The notes under the pieces are model-generated. The model made no database searches. It saw only the letters and a program-made list of their open reading frames with translations, and was not told the origin of the DNA. A DNA stretch of 56,364 bases, filler included, from Jimgerdemannia flammicorona (lineage: Eukaryota), in assembly GCA_003990765.1 (NCBI GenBank). It is 2 parts of 2 records of this genome, joined end to end, with 100 filler letters (N's around TTAATTAATTAA, not from the genome) between each part and the next. Parts side by side here need not be neighbours in the genome. Positions count along the whole stretch, not along the records: positions 28,237 to 56,364 come from RBNJ01000583.1; 1 more part is not named here. The stretch is one strand, 5' to 3'. The position numbers were made by a program, and so were the translations under genes. Shown piece after piece: positions 37,822-50,200 of this stretch; position 1 is the first letter of the stretch; each line of letters starts with the position of its first letter.

Positions 37822-39726
37822 AGTCATCTGACTCTCTACTAGCCCCTGGGCCAGCCCTATACTTATTGTACCAAAGAAAGGAGGATGGAGACTCTGTGTG
37901 GATTACAGGAAACTCAATTCAGTCACTGAGAAGGATGCTTATCCTTTGCCCAGAATTGATGACCTTTTGGATCAGTTACAGAATGCCAGATACTTCAGCA
38001 GTATACAGCCTTTCTTGCTCTAGGAAAACTATTTGAATACCTCTGAATACCCTTTGGACTCTGCAATGCACCCCCCACCTTTCAGAGGATGATGAATTCA
38101 GTCTATGCCCCTTTGATCCACTACTGCCTGATTGTATATATGGATGATTCCAACATCTATTCAGCAAATTTTGAAGAATACCTGCACCACCTAGAGGAAT
38201 TTTTCAAGCTCACCCACAAGAATCACTTGAGACTGAATGCAAAGAAATGTATGACTACAGCACCAATCCTTGTGTGCCCCAATCTACAGAAGCCATTCAT
38301 CTTGTATACAGATACTTCCAAAGATGGTCTAGGAGCAGTTCTAGCCCAAGAAGGATCTGACCAATAGTACTATATGTTAGCTTATACAAGCAGAGCTACC
38401 AATCAGCAGCAGATGAACTATGGTAGCACAAAACTGGAATGTCTTGCAGTCATATGGGCAGTCACCCTGTTCAAGCATTATATCATCAGAAAAAGGTTCA
38501 CCCTGATCACAGACTATGTGGCCCTCAAATGGCTATTCAACTACAAGGAACCTGCCAGAATCTTAGCCCACTGGATCCTTATCCTTCAGGATTACAAAAT
38601 CACCATTATTCACAAAGCAGGGAAAGCTCACAACAATATTGATGTACTTTCCCACCAGCCCCAATAAACCAGAAGAAGGGTGTCCTGAGGAACCACACCC
38701 TAAAGGAAGCTCCTCAGACCATCAAGGAACAAGAAGATCTCATCTGACAAGAACATCAGAAAGCCCACCAAGGACAGACAAGCACAGAAGACAAGATTCG
38801 AAAACAATATCAACATTGGCCCCATCTCAGAACTCAAGTTCAAGACATTATTCAGAAATGTGATATCTGCCAGAAGTACCAAGGAAAGAAGAACTATCAA
38901 GCCCCTTTGCAACTGATTCCCCCACCCACTCACATCCTTCAAAGATAGGGAGTAGATGTAATTGGACCTCTACCAGTTATACCAAGAAGAAACAAATATA
39001 TCCTTGTATTTGTAGAACATCTGACCAAGTGGTCTGAGGCTTTCCCAATGGAAATCACAGATGCCCTAACCATCATTGGCCTTCTCCATAGACTCACACT
39101 CAGATATAGACCCTCAGAAGAACTCATCTCTGACTGAGGCACAGAATATGTCAATAACATAATCACAAGTTATGCTCAAATTCACAAGATATATTTCAAA
39201 TGGACCACATCATACTATTCCCAGACCAATGGCATGACAGAAAGGATGAACCAGACCATCAAGAAAGGACTTGCCTGAGTCAATTCTACCAATTGGGACC
39301 TCTGCTTATCTGAGATCCTATGGGAAATTCAAAACACCCCTACTGCCTCCACCAAAGAAAAGCCATTCAAAATGATGTTTGCCAAGAAAACCAGAACTAC
39401 TGACCATGAGAATCTTGGAGACCTCCTCAAAAAGGTAGAACAGTTATGTAATCAAGCCTGAGGACAGATTATCAAAGCCCAAGAAAGACAAAAGAAGTAC
39501 TATAACCAAAAATGGAAGGATCAAGAGATCAAGATTGGAGATCAAGTACTAGTTTGGAGAAGCATGATTGAAATGAATTTTGCCACCAAACTGGAACCCA
39601 AATGGGAAGGACCTTATCTTGTATACAACATCAGAGGGACTAGTATTTATTTAAGAAGCATGAATAGATGAACCCTCAGAACACCAGTACACATCAATTG
39701 CCTCAAGATATATCTTTCCCTACATC

Positions 39727-40155
39727 ATGAATCAGAGAGTTGACAACTGCCTTCAGACTCTTATCCTCAGCTCATTTTAATCACTGCTGGTACCTCTACC
39801 CCAATTCTGAGAAGTCAATGGGAACACTCTCCAGAAGATCCAGATTCATCAAGAGAATCTTGTCCTGGTCAGATAATTGCTACAGGTCCATCAACTTCAG
39901 GCCCACTATGCAATTGGGGAACAATTGTAGAACCTCCCAGTCCCAGAACAAATATATATCAGAAATACTACAGGACTATCAAGGAGAGATGTTACTGCCG
40001 CCAACAGGCTCTACACCCTTTACAAGCGAAATCCTGCAGCTCTGATACAAGCACAATTCTCCTGTTATGATACATGAGGAATGAACCTAGCCACCTACCT
40101 GAGCATTGTCAATGCTGTTGAAATCCTATTTCCAGAAAAAGAAGAAATGGAGTGA
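39727..40155 (+). pseudogene. Gypsy-2 accessory ORF3 (about 142 codons, unknown function)
   Basis: ATG at integrase end; single frame, only transition-type stops; homologous to 53805-54248. Confidence 0.7.
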
Positions 40156-40271
40156 CCATGGTACAGATAATGAAGATGATGGAACAGGTATTGATTCAGA
40201 AGATGCTTACCCACACTGGAATGATGACTAAAGGATAGTCTGAGGATAGACCATCCTTTAGTGGGGGCTGA

Positions 40272-41570
40272 TGTGACAAACCAGAATGTACTACCTGAAT
40301 TATACCTTAGCCAGATAACATGAACAATTAGCTAGATGATATGAACACACAGCATAGTAACCAGCAACCATTGCTGTGGAAACCATATAAATAGCCAGAC
40401 TACCAGATAAGGTATATCTGTGCAGGACCTGCACACCTGTACCAGACCTGCACACTTGTGCTGGATCTGCACAACTTGCTATAGATAGCAAATCTATAGT
40501 TAGCCACATAGTAATCAGATAGCAACCAACTTGTATAAATTATCCCCAAGACAAGAGTGAATAAACCTCAGTCCAAAATACAAACACCAAAGAAGCCTCT
40601 AAAGATTGAGCATTGGTCCCCTTTCTACTCCGGTCCACTTTCTGATACAAAGAAGAGTTTGTTATATTTTTGGTTCGCTTGCCAGATAAGTCTGAAGAAT
40701 CTGAGTTTGCCACCAAGTTCAAGGAAGAACTTTGCTACCATTTCCAAGTCATTTGCCACATTCCCAGAGAGCCCTATTCTTGCTACAAGCCAGTCTGTTG
40801 ATGCAACTTCGCAGTAGAGCCAGTCTATTGATGCAACTCTGTGCAAACAAAGCCAGTCTTGATGTAACTTGCCAAGAATCTGAGTTAATTCCCAGTTGAA
40901 GCCGCCATTCTCAAGTTATCTGCATTCCCAGTTGAAGCCGATTCAGGAAGGATCCATGCCACCCAAGTTATTATTCCCAGAAGCCCGCCGATTCAGGAAG
41001 AATTCGCGACCTCCAGATCATTCGTGGTTCCCAGTGAGCCCAAGATATTGAGATACCCGCCGCCAGTATTATTCCCCGTAATAAGAAATCCATGCCATAC
41101 ATTCCCAGTGAGCCAAATCGAGTTATCTGCCAGAAATCGCATACTTTTAGAGATCGTCGTGCTACATGAAGATCACCGCTGCCAAAGAAAGAAACTGCTA
41201 AATTGCCAGACCATCATGCCTAAGAAACTCACGCTACACAAGAGATCATCATGCAGAAATTGCATACTTTTGGAGATGGCCATCACCCAGGAAGGAAACC
41301 GCTCGTGCTAAACACAAATTCTGCCATTCCCAGTTGACCTGAGAAGGAAACCTGTTCATATACACAAATTGCTGCTACACCCAAGAACCTGTCCCAAAAA
41401 GGAAACCGCTTGCACAGTATCCAGATCTTGACTATTATACCACTAAACACCAAGGACCTCAGGAATCTTAGAACATTTTGTTGCTTTTTGACAAAGTAAC
41501 TGGGGGCTCAAGCCAAACTACATCAACCCCCAACCTTGTAATTTGCCTCCATTGAGCCAGGCACATTACA
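40272..41570 (+). repeat. Gypsy-2 3' LTR (1.3 kb)
   Basis: TGTGAC...ATTACA after PPT; TATA-like GTATAAAT at about 40533 and AATAAA at about 40560. Confidence 0.9.
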
Positions 41571-41807
41571 CTATAAACTAATTAGGGAAATATTATAGTT
41601 TTTATAATATTTTTTATCTATATAATAAGAAATTATTTTTTTAGTATTATAATCTTTAATATTAAAATAAAAAAAACATCTCATTTAGTTTATTTTACAT
41701 TCTTTACTCTATTAATCTTTAAATAAAAAACTAATAGAATAAGTATTTATATAATTCTTTTTTTCTTTTTAACTTTAAAAGAAATTTAAGATTATTATTA
41801 TATATAA

Positions 41808-42254
41808 TGTAATAGTTGATTCAAATTAGGAATAATAATCAGGAGATAGATATTTAATTATAATACCTAAATTCAATTCTTAATATAGTATACTATTATA
41901 GTTAGCAGCCACTCAATCTTACAGTTATACAGATCTCTCAACTATACAAAACTCATAATTGTATAGATTGTCTAGATATATAGATCTCATAAACTATATA
42001 AAATAACTTATAAAAAAAAGAAGTCTTTACCTAGCTACTATATATATAGTTTTTAAACTTATATAAATATTCTTAATATCTAAAGTGAATGAACCTTAGA
42101 TTGAAATAGTTTATATAAAGATATAAGAAATTAGTAAACCTATAGACAGATATATTTTAAACTTACTCACTCTTATATCTGAGAATTCTGAAGAGTCAAA
42201 GAAGAATCAAGTATTTAAAATAAAGAAATCTACTAACTTTCTGCTAGTATATAT
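41808..42254 (+). repeat. Older LTR of the Gypsy-3 family (continues at 54777-54844 with LTR end, PBS and leader)
   Basis: TGTAATAGTTGAT start; 42055-42254 aligns with 42577-42780; 54777-54844 aligns with 42777-42844. Confidence 0.8.
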
Positions 42255-42793
42255 TATAACAGTTGATCTAAATTTAGAATATAAATCAGAGGAATAGATA
42301 TTTGTTCATAGTACCTAAATCTGATTTCCAAATATAATATAGCCTTACAAATAGCAGTCATATTTTGCAAATATAGAAAAACTTTGGCAAATACTAAAGA
42401 TTTTATAGATACTAATATCCTTATAATCACTAAAGATTCTATAGATACTGAAATCCTTGCAATCACTAAAGATTCTATAAATACTAAAATTCTTACAATT
42501 GCTAATAATTCTGCAGATATCAAAAAAATACAACATTTGTAAAAAGTGACTCATAATTCAGCCACCTTATAGCAGCAAACTTGTATAAATATCCCAGTAT
42601 CTAGAGTAAATAAACCTCAGATCAAAATAATTCAAAGTAAAGAGAAAGTAAGAGAACTAGTAAGTCTGCATGCAGATACACTTTGAACTTACCCACCCCT
42701 ATATCCCAAGGACTCTGAGGAGTCAAAGAAGATCAAGTTTTCAAGATATAGAAATCTGACATACTTACCCAGTTACACATCTGCTATATTATA
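42255..42793 (+). repeat. Gypsy-3 5' LTR with 36-bp tandem repeat
   Basis: Unit TAAAGATTCTATAGATACTGAAATCCTTGCAATCAC: 3 full + 1 partial here, 2 full + 1 partial in the 3' LTR. Confidence 0.9.
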
Positions 42794-42849
42794 ACTTGGT
42801 GCCCATTAGTTGATAATTCAAGACAAATCTCTCACTTTCAAGCTGAACA

Positions 42850-44550
42850 ATGAATAACTACTATCACCTAAACAACTATACAAATTGAATCAAAACATCT
42901 AGATAAGATAGGTATAAGATGGTCAGTATTCTACAGATATACAGATATACTTCAAATGAATCAATCATTATCTTCATTAATGATTTTGAATAGTATGCTA
43001 CTGTAAAGACCCTGACAGCAAGACAGCAAGTAGCCCTTATGCTCTTCAGTCTCTAAGGTCCAGCAAGAGCAGCATTTATAGCTGCAACCTATATATATGA
43101 GAAATAATGATGATGCTATACTGACAGCACAAAAGGCTTAGCTCTGAGCTATATACTATATAGATGAGATCAAGTAAGCTCTGAAGGATCAGCTCAATAC
43201 AATATGCCAAGGAATAAGTGAGGATCCAAACACATTCTATACCAGAATCTGATATTAGATAATTCTTACAGATTATACTGATACTATCTAAGATCAAGTA
43301 GCTGAAGAAACCTTTATAAAAAGTATCTATTTAGAGATAACTATAGCCATCTGCTCATTACTAGTGGTTCTAGATCTAGTACAAAAGATCACCTATGCCT
43401 AGTGATATTGGATAGATAGATATCTATAAGATCATATAATGAAAAGAGATACTGAAGTTAGAATCAAAGCAACTAAGACAACTAGTATGATCTCTATCAC
43501 AGTGATTAATTGAAATATACCTCAGCCAAAAACTATTGAGCAATAAAGAAACAGTGATCCTATGGAAGAGCTAGCTAAGAAGTTTTCCAAAATGACTACT
43601 TATCTGAGAGATGTGGTAAAAGAGATCAGAGAAAGAGACTGCCACCTAGTTTAGAAGTTTGCTACTATCTCAAACAAGAATTGAGATACCTGCTATACTT
43701 ATGGAGAAGAAGCCCACTACTTATATGAATTTATAAGTGAGATCAAGTGTAAAGCTCAGTCAAGTAATACTATAAGGAATAAGGAATAGGCCAATACTAA
43801 TACCTTCAAACTAATTAGAGAATTATATAAAGAAGAATGAGAGACCTACTCTGTACAGATTACCAAGAAAGATGTCTGAAAAGAACCCTATAAGAGACCA
43901 CCAGAGAGACCCAAAAAGAACTCAGTTGAGAAACAGATAGAGAGTGCTACAGAAAGCCAAGCTAAAGAAATAGATCAAGATATGGAATTAGAACAGACTG
44001 TCTAAGATATCATCTGAGGAACTACATATCTCAGCCAGCTGGCAGAAATACTTATGTTCAGACAGCAAATGAGATATAGACTTGCTGAGACAACTAAGGA
44101 ACAAGAATGGAAGATAACTGAGATTAACAATATATAAGAAGACTCAGAAAAAGAAAGTAAAGATAATTGCAAGTTCTCTACCTATACAATCTGTCAAATT
44201 GAAGATAGAATCTTTGAAGTCATTATTGATACTAGAGCAGAAGAATGTCTTCTCAGCAAGAAAGCAGCAGACTGCCTAGATTGGAAGGTTGAAGAAGTAA
44301 TCAAATTAGTATTCATTACAGTAGATTGTACAAGAGCCATATCTCTGAAAAAGATCTGAGATATTCCCATCAAGTTTGGAGGAGCAATACTCTCAGTAAA
44401 TATGATTATAACCAATACTACCAACTATGATATTCTCATTGATAACCAGTGGCTTCATAAAGTTAGAGTAATAATTAATCTCAATATCTAGAAGATGAAA
44501 ATTATCTACAGAGGTCAGAAGATGCAAATTCCCATCAATGTCAATAAAGA
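42850..44550 (+). pseudogene. Gypsy-3 gag (CCHC at about 43690) and protease
   Basis: TCYTYGEEAHY..E knuckle; FEVIIDTRAEECLLS (DTG); YDILIDNQWL. Confidence 0.82.
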
Positions 44551-44884
44551 AGTACTGCCTGAGATAGAGGAAGAAAAAAGTGAACAAGAAGAAGTCTACA
44601 TGGTGACTATTCTGAAAAAGAAGAAAAAAGTCAGATAGATCAGTGAAGAAGAATAGTACAAAAGGATCATTGAAGGATATATGCTACAAGGAGTCTGCTC
44701 TCATGGAAGTAAGATGTACTATATGAAACATATTGATAATTGCTACCAGTATATCAGCAGAATCAAGAAAATCCACTATAAAAGAAGACAGAAGACTCTT
44801 GAGAAATAGGCAGAATAAGAAAAGGAGGAAGAAGAGGATGATAAACTACTAGCCCTCCCAGAGAACAGTGATAATGAAGAAGAA

Positions 44885-45304
44885 ATCAAGGTCAAGATTC
44901 AGAAAATCCACTCTGATGCAGTTTTACCAGAATACAAGTTAGAGAATATAGCTGGAATAGATATTACTAAGTAGAGAAAACTGTACTAGAGCTCCAGATA
45001 ATCACCCTGCTTGCAACTAGTCTGGAAATGACCATTCCAAAGGACTATGTATATCAGGATCCTCAAAACAAGAAATAGCCTGGCTAAGAGTGAGATTACT
45101 ATTGAAGGAGGAGTCATTGATTCAGACTATATTAGAGAAATACTACTCATTACTAGGAACCACAATCTTATGATTCCATTTCCTATCAGAAAGAAGGACC
45201 AATTAGTACAAATATTAATCTTCTTGGTTCTTCAGCCAAAGATCATGAAAGTTGAGAAGTTGGAGGAAATAAAAAGAGAAAGAAAAGGATTTGGATCTAT
45301 TGGA
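44885..45304 (+). pseudogene. dut: dUTPase domain between protease and RT
   Basis: KIHSDAVLPEY...AGIDI, RNSLA, EGGVIDSDYIREI, KKDQLVQI, KRERKGFGSIG. Confidence 0.92.
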
Positions 45305-45399
45305 AGAGGAATATTTGCCAGTATCAAGATTACTGAATTAGACCACAAGAAGGAGAAAACTACAAACAAGTATAGCTATACTATTGAAAATAAATTCTC

Positions 45400-47165
45400 A
45401 CTCAAAAAGAAACTCAAGAAGATACTCTATGAATTTGAGGATGTTCTGACTACAGACTTCAAGAATATTAAGAGAAAGACTCCACACTACTATCATGATA
45501 TAGATATAAGAGACACTAAATCAATCTACTAAAAAGTAAGGCCAATTCTACCAGTCTATTACAAATGGCTCAGAGAAGAAATCAAGCAGATGGAAGAAGT
45601 TGGTATTATTAAAAAAGCTAGCAGCCCTTGGGTTTTACCAGTCATATTGGTCCTAAAAAAGAAAGTAATCCAGGAGAATTTGCTCCAAAGCTCTGCACTG
45701 ATTACAGGAAGCTCAACCTGGCTACAAAGAAGGATCACCAACCACTGCCCCTTATCAGTGACATTCTTGTAACTCTAGGAGATGAAGTACAGTATTACAG
45801 TATCTTAAAACTATACTCAGAATTCTATCAGATTGACCTCACTAAAGCAGTAAGTAAAAAAATCAGCCTTCATTACCCCAGACAGAACCTATGTCTATCT
45901 GTGAATATCATTTGAAATATATAATGTACTAGTATGCTTTTAGCAAATAATGAATAAAATCTTCTACTATAATATGAGAAGATTGATGATAGTTTATATA
46001 GATGATGTTATTATCTATAGCAAGACAGCCAAAGAACATCTACAGTATATCTAGCAGATGATAGAGAAGCTAAGAAAGTGTGGCCTATATATCAAGTCTA
46101 AGAAGTACAAGTTTGCAGAAATTAAGATCTCCTATCTTGATCATATCATTAACTGAGATAGAATACATATAGACCTGCTCAATATTCAAGCAGTAGTAGT
46201 ATACTCAAGGCCAACTATAGTCACTGAAACCCAAGTCTTCATGGGACTCACCTTATATTACTGCAGATTTATTAGAGGATTCTTCAATATTGCAGGCCCA
46301 ATTTATGAACTCAATAAGAAAGTATCAAGTTCTGATAGACTAGTAGGCAACAAAAAGCATTTGATGAGCTCAAGATTAGACTGACTCAAGCACCCATCCT
46401 CAGAAGACCCAATTGGACCCAAGAATTTATCTTGTAGATAGATATAAGTATATAAGAACTAGAAGTAGTTCTGGCTCAGAAGAAAGATAAAGTAGAGTAT
46501 ATCATTACATCTAAGCTAAGGAATCCAAGGAGCAGAAAAGAAATATAAATTCTATAAGTTGGAATATCTTGTAGTTATCTGGGTTATAGAAAAGTTTCAC
46601 TACTATCTTGCTGGAAGACACTTCACCATCCAGATAGATTATTCAGCCCTCACCTAGCTATCCACTACTGGACAACCTAAGGAATCTATGCCAGATAGAT
46701 TATGAAATTGTCAGCCTATGACATAACTATATACACTACTCTGTAAAAACTAATACTAATATAGATGCCCTCTCATAGATACTTCAAAGGACCCCAACCA
46801 ACAAATCCACCATGAATAAAGAACTGAACTATGGAATTATCACCTATCTGAGACAGTGAAAGATACCCCAACATCCAGAAGAATAGACACAAAACAATTA
46901 TCAACAGAACATGGAAATAATTCAAGACCAATAGGGAAATACTGAAGAAAGAAAACCTACTAGTTATACTCAAATATAAGAAGAAGTAAACAATAAAATC
47001 AGTATATGAACTTGGCCATCTAGGGGAAATAAATATCTATGAAAAAGTAAGAAGAACAATATGGTGGTCATAAATGGAGAAAGATATTAAATAATTTATC
47101 AAGACCTATAACAGATATCAGAAACAGAAGCAAGACTAACAAAATCAGACCCCAGGATCAGCACA

Positions 47166-47171
<6 letters not shown>
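45400..47171 (+). pseudogene. pol: Gypsy-3 RT, RNase H and integrase zinc-binding region
   Basis: SSPWVLPVILV, KLCTDYRKLNLATKKDHQPLPLI, VYIDDVIIYS, TQAPILRRP, HLGE...IKT(C)NR(C)QK. Confidence 0.9.
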
Positions 47172-47209
<38 letters not shown>

Positions 47210-50200
47210 GTCCCTTGGACTGCCCTTTATTACCAATGTCTATAGTTCTAACAATACAATGTCACTCCCACCCTCAACCAATGCCCTGTGGATCCAACCC
47301 TCCCCCCTCAACCTCTCTCTGCCCAAGCACCACCCAGTTACCTACTACCCGAATCCTCCCACCACTCTTCCAGGAGATACACTACATATACTAAACCCCT
47401 GCGGTACCCCCCACCCAGCCCCCAACCTCGCCACCAGCTATTCAAAATGTCCAATAGCAACCATTCCCAATATACCACCTTGTCCCTAACCCCAACCCAC
47501 TACTCCTCCTCAAAGACATGAACCCAATGTCTAGCTAACCCAACCCACACCAACCAAGGGTCAGCCATTCATCCCCAACCCCACCCACCAGTTGCTGGTG
47601 GAGCCCTCCCCATCTCCCCCCTTCTTCTCCCTCCAAGGCACTCAACCCTAACTGGTCCAAAATACATCTCCAAAACTCCTCCAAAACTTTGCACTCGCCA
47701 AGCCAATGTTCAGGCATTTGTACCATGCCTCCCTCCTGACCAATGTTGAAACAATCCTCACACTCAAACACTCCACCAGCCACCAAGTGCCCAGACTGAT
47801 AGTTCAACATCACATTCTGCCATAGGACACACCACTACACCACCAAGAACTTGGGGGGCAGCCACTGCCTCACCCTTTTGCTCCAAAGCCAGAGTCTATT
47901 CCAATCCCACTCCTCACCAATTCCAACCCTCTGCCAGGCTTCGGGCCACAGGTCCCCACCTAGGCCCCATAGATACTCCAAACCCTTGCTATGCTGAAAG
48001 TTCTCCACCAGAACACCACCCAGTAGAAGCCTGTCCCACTGCCACATCCGCAGTCCCCAATTCTCCTCGGCTTCCTCACCTCACCACTGAAGACCGATTT
48101 TCTTAGTGCCATCCACCACCCCCCACCAGAAGCCTGTAAACCACATCCTCCTGCTCCCATCCAAGGCCACCATTGTGAGCAGGTCACCCAAGTCACCACA
48201 TGGGGAGTACCGAACCTCCTACAACCTCTGCATAAGTGGCACCCACTGCCGACCCCTAAGCTCACTAGCCCTCCACAACCACCAAGCTCTCAAACATTGA
48301 AGCCACTTAGTAAAGTCCACTAAGCCCAGCCCACCTCTTTCCAAGAGCAGTGTGAGCACCTCCCAACCCACCTGGCTCCACTACCCTCCCCAGATCCATG
48401 ACCTCACCATCTTCAACAGCCCCTTGACCACCCAGGTTGGGAAATTCAAATGATATCCCACATACCACAGCTTCAGCATCCAATATACATTTGGCACCAT
48501 CACCCTTCTGGCTAGTGACATATGCCAACCTCCCCATTGCAGCAGAACATTTCCCCACTCCAGAAGTTGTTGGTCCCACCATGCCTGGGGAAGAAGAGAT
48601 CCAAATACTGAGAAGTAGATCCCCAAATAATGCACTGGTTCACCAGCTGGTATAACTGTCCCAATGACATCACCACTAACAATTCCAGCACCCAGCACCA
48701 GAGTCTCACATTTGTGCCAGTTAGTTAAGCACCAGAACCCCTCTCATAATATTCCACAGACCTCCATAACTCCCCCACATCCACCAAGGAGCCCAGCCCA
48801 ACCACCATATCATCAGCAAAGGCCCCCACCTTCCAATTAATCCCTAAAATGTCCAAACCCCCAATCTGATGCCAAATTCTGTCCAGTAGAGACTCCAGGG
48901 AAAGGGCATACCATATGGGCGACAAGGGGTCTCCTTGCAGTACCCCATGTCCCAGGGGAAAGGTCATCTCCCTGTGGCCATTGATGACCAATGCTGCCTG
49001 ACTGTCCTCCAAGAGACTGATCAACGATCCTCAGAACCCTGGGGGGATACCAATCTGTCTCAGCACTCTCTCCAGCCATATCCTCCACACTTTATCATAA
49101 GCCTTCTCTTGGTCCAGAAACATCAATCTGCCATCCACCCCTGTCACCCAGGCACCTTCAATCACTCCATGTACCCAAGCTGTCCCATCTCAAATCAACT
49201 GGCCACCAACAAACCCACGCTGCTCCACACCAAGCACCTGCTGAGCAATTCCTTGCAGCCTCATCACCAAAACCTTGGTCACCAGCTTTCAGTCCATGTC
49301 AAGAAGTATAATTGGCCACCAGTTCTTTCAGTCCTCTCACCTCCCCTTATTCTTATAGAGCAAGGAGACTAGCCCTAAGTGCTGTCCTCCAATCCAAGCA
49401 CCAGACCAAAGAACTCCATCACATATAGCCATCATTTCCTCTAGCACTCACCCACCCCAGCCATCTTCTGCCAAAAATCCCAGAGAAGGTCATCCTCTCC
49501 CAGAGCTGTCCCCTTGCTTGTCAAGGCCACAACCCTGTGAATTTCCTTACCACTCACCAGGTCCTCCAATGCCCCAAGACCCATTGCAGGGTCTGGGTGC
49601 CAATCCCCCAGCTGCCTTTCAATGTCCAGAGCATCCATTCCTCCTTCCTCCTCACTCCATAGATTCCCCCATCTAGCTCTCAACAGGCCCAGAATAGCTG
49701 GAGTCCCTACCACCAGCTCACCATTCGCATTCAGAACTCCCTCCCACCGCTGCTTCATTCGTCGTGCCTGTAACAACTATGACAAAAACCTAGTAGGCCT
49801 CTCCCCCTCCTCAAGCCCCTGCCACTGCAGTCAGGCCACTATTCTCTGCAACTTCACCTCCTCCTCCCTTTATAACACTTCTTTAAGCTCCTCCACCTCC
49901 TGCCGGATCCTCACCATGCACCAATCAGTCATGTCCCCATCTTCCAGCATACCTGCCCATCTCTCCATGAGTGTTGCCAGATGCCGTGAGGCCCACAGCA
50001 CCCTCCACCTTCGCTGGGCACACTTTCCTTTCCCAGCTTCTCTCCAATACCCCTGAGCATTTGCCTTCAGCCTTCTTCAGCAGTCCCCAATCTCAAGGCC
50101 TTGTTCCCGCTACCTACTGATATTTCCAACCACCTCTATTTCCCAACCCTCCCACAACCCCCTATCCTTCAATAAGGAAGAATTTAGCCACCAATGTCCA

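Larger units (their letters stand above)
37819..41570 (+). mobile_element. Gypsy-2: 5'-truncated Ty3/Gypsy (RT, RH, IN, ORF3, 3' LTR)
   Basis: SPWASP...[10 protein letters not shown]...[78 protein letters not shown] at about 40260. Confidence 0.93.

Noticed and set aside
26421..41570. Giant element bounded by long inverted repeats (Polinton- or DIRS-like)
   Set aside because: The repeats are two Gypsy-2-family LTRs in opposite orientation, separated by an artificial linker; no polB or tyrosine recombinase seen.
42254..42554. Repetitive hydrophobic ORFs
   Set aside because: Translation of the 36-bp tandem repeat inside the Gypsy-3 LTR.
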